Under the pieces are notes generated by a model. It was not told where the DNA came from. It saw only the letters and a list, made by a program, of their open reading frames with translations, and did not search any database. A stretch of 64,000 nucleotides of DNA, from positions 21,638,001-21,702,000 of the forward strand of contig CM075987.1 of assembly GCA_038087875.1 (NCBI GenBank), written 5' to 3'. Source of the stretch: Malacoraja senta (taxonomy: Eukaryota). The position numbers and the translations under genes were made by a program. Of this stretch, positions 62,349-64,000 are shown in pieces (the first letter of the stretch is position 1; each line of letters opens with the position of its first letter).

Positions 62349-62402
62349 AGGCGTGTGACATTGACACAGTCCCATTCACAGAAAAAGTTGCAAGGTTCTA
62401 GA

Positions 62403-62939
62403 ATGCGCCGCGCACTGAGCTCACGGTGGCTGTTGGCGGGAGTCTCCTTGGCTGCAGGGGCCGGTTTGGGGGTGGGATACGGAGCCCACCGGCACCAAGA
62501 TGCTTCCGACTCCTTCCTTCATTGCCCCGTGATCCCTATCCAGTCTGTAACCGCGGATGCCGTTGCCAACGAGTCCTTGGTGCCGGTCAGTCCGGCACAG
62601 CTGACCCTCGGCAAGACGACCGAAATCATGAAATTCGGTTTCCCTTCTCTGTCCCATATCAAGACCCGCGAATCATACGTGTTGGCGTATGACCCACGCA
62701 CCAGGAACGCCCTGTGGGTGCTGGAGCGATTGGACGCGGGCAGACTGGGCCTGACTGGCTCCGACCGCAATCGTTGTGTATTTAGGGAGGATGAGTCTGT
62801 GCATGAATACCACCGAGCACAGAACAGCGACTTCAAAGGTAGCGGTTTCGACCGGGGTCACTTGGCAGCAGCCGCTAATCATAAGCACAGCCAGAAATGC
62901 ATGGATGATACCTTCTACCTCAGCAACATGGTGCCTCAG
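62403..62939 (+). CDS. ENDOG: Endonuclease G, mitochondrial, exon 1
   Basis: Arg/Leu/Ala-rich presequence MRRALSSRWLLAG..., KFGFP, RESYVLAYDPRTRNALWVLE, catalytic FDRGHLAAAANH, DDTFYLSNMVPQ then gtaacc donor. Confidence 0.96.
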
Positions 62940-63760
62940 GTAACCAGTAGGGAAGCATAAAATTCCAGATCCTATAAATTCGAAACACAGACAGAAAGCT
63001 GGAAATGCTTAGCAGGTCGAGAGATATCAATGGGGTAAGGACACACAGGGAAGGTTTGGAGATTTAGAACTTCATCAGAACCGGAATGCTGAGAAGGCGA
63101 AGTTGCAAAAACAGGAAGTGGAGAGAGAATCGTGGGAATGTTTGTGATAGGGTGCAGATCCAAGTTGCCAATTATTTAAAAAACAATATGTTTAAGAGAT
63201 AATTGAAACAAATGTACTGCTGCATTTCGAGCGGAACAGTATATGATAGGAGCATCCCACAATGTCTGTGCCAAACATGATGCCAAGTTAAACAAATCTC
63301 CTCTCCCTTCATTCCCTGCATTTCCGCGTACATATCTAAAAGCCTAAAAAATGCCACTATCACATCTGCCTCAAACACCATACCTGACACTGTGTTCTAG
63401 GCACCCACCACACTCTTGAGTTTAAAATAACTTGCCCTGTACCAAAGGACCCCTTTCCATGATTTATTGTTGATTATTTTTTTCATTCTGAAATAAGGTA
63501 AATTTATGATAAAATCATAGCTTTTTATGGTTGAAAACCAAGCTGCTTTGAGAAGGACATACATACAGTCTGAAGCATAACATTCCTTCAGTTTTGAGGG
63601 GAAGAAGTGAAACATAGTTAGATTCAGTTGGGATATGTTTATAGAACATGCAGTCTGGACCAACAATTGAATTTATTTTCATTTTGGTAACTTAAACACA
63701 TTTTACTATCTATATACTGTCCTTTTCTGTGCTAGTCTTAGATTTACTTCTTCCCTTTAG

Positions 63761-63870
63761 AATCCTGATTTAAATAAGAATGCCTGGAACAATCTGGAGA
63801 AGTATTGTCGGAGTCTGACCAAGTCCAACACAAATGTGCACGTCTGCACGGGACCCCTTTATTTGCCGAG
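63761..63870 (+). CDS. ENDOG: Endonuclease G exon 2 (NPDLNKNAWNNLEKYCRSLTKSNTNVHVCTGPLYLPR)
   Basis: 110 nt, AG/GT bounded; the gene continues past the window end. Confidence 0.96.
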
Positions 63871-64000
63871 GTATGACTCTGACCCTTCCGTTGGGTTACT
63901 TACAATAGCAGATGTGAAAGTATTGCTTTTGAGGAAGATCTCGTAGCAAGTACCCAGTTGGTGTTAGTTGATCGCAGACAGAGCAACGCATGGCTTTACA

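Noticed and set aside
62277-62402. In-frame upstream ATG giving a 42-aa N-terminal extension of ENDOG (227-aa ORF)
   Set aside because: It lies at the repeat edge, upstream of the promoter motifs; the ATG at 62403 begins a typical mitochondrial presequence.

Overview
Vertebrate genomic DNA, most likely a cartilaginous fish (skate/ray-like; inferred from HE1-type SINEs, CR1, Rex1/Babar and Penelope repeats). It holds the conserved ZER1 (-) / TBC1D13 (+) / ENDOG (+) block. ZER1 coding exons 2-11 are present and its 3' end lies outside the window. TBC1D13 is complete (12 exons, 1194 nt, 397 aa) and sits head-to-head with ZER1 on a CpG-rich promoter. ENDOG exons 1-2 are present. The most striking feature is a 6.2-kb endogenous-retrovirus-like element (13893-20126) in ZER1 intron 2. 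It has ~98% identical LTRs, a CTAA target-site duplication, a tRNA-Ser-like PBS and a PPT. Its env ectodomain has been replaced by intronless host mRNA pieces: thrombospondin (THBS2-like), ZNF276 (two pieces in permuted order) and probably CRACR2/RAB44-like, all between a residual env signal peptide and a TM anchor. Separately, a head-to-tail Helitron array in TBC1D13 intron 3 carries a captured HTRA2-like exon 1 with its splice donor. All protein identifications come from my own translation and recall of vertebrate orthologues; no database search was run.
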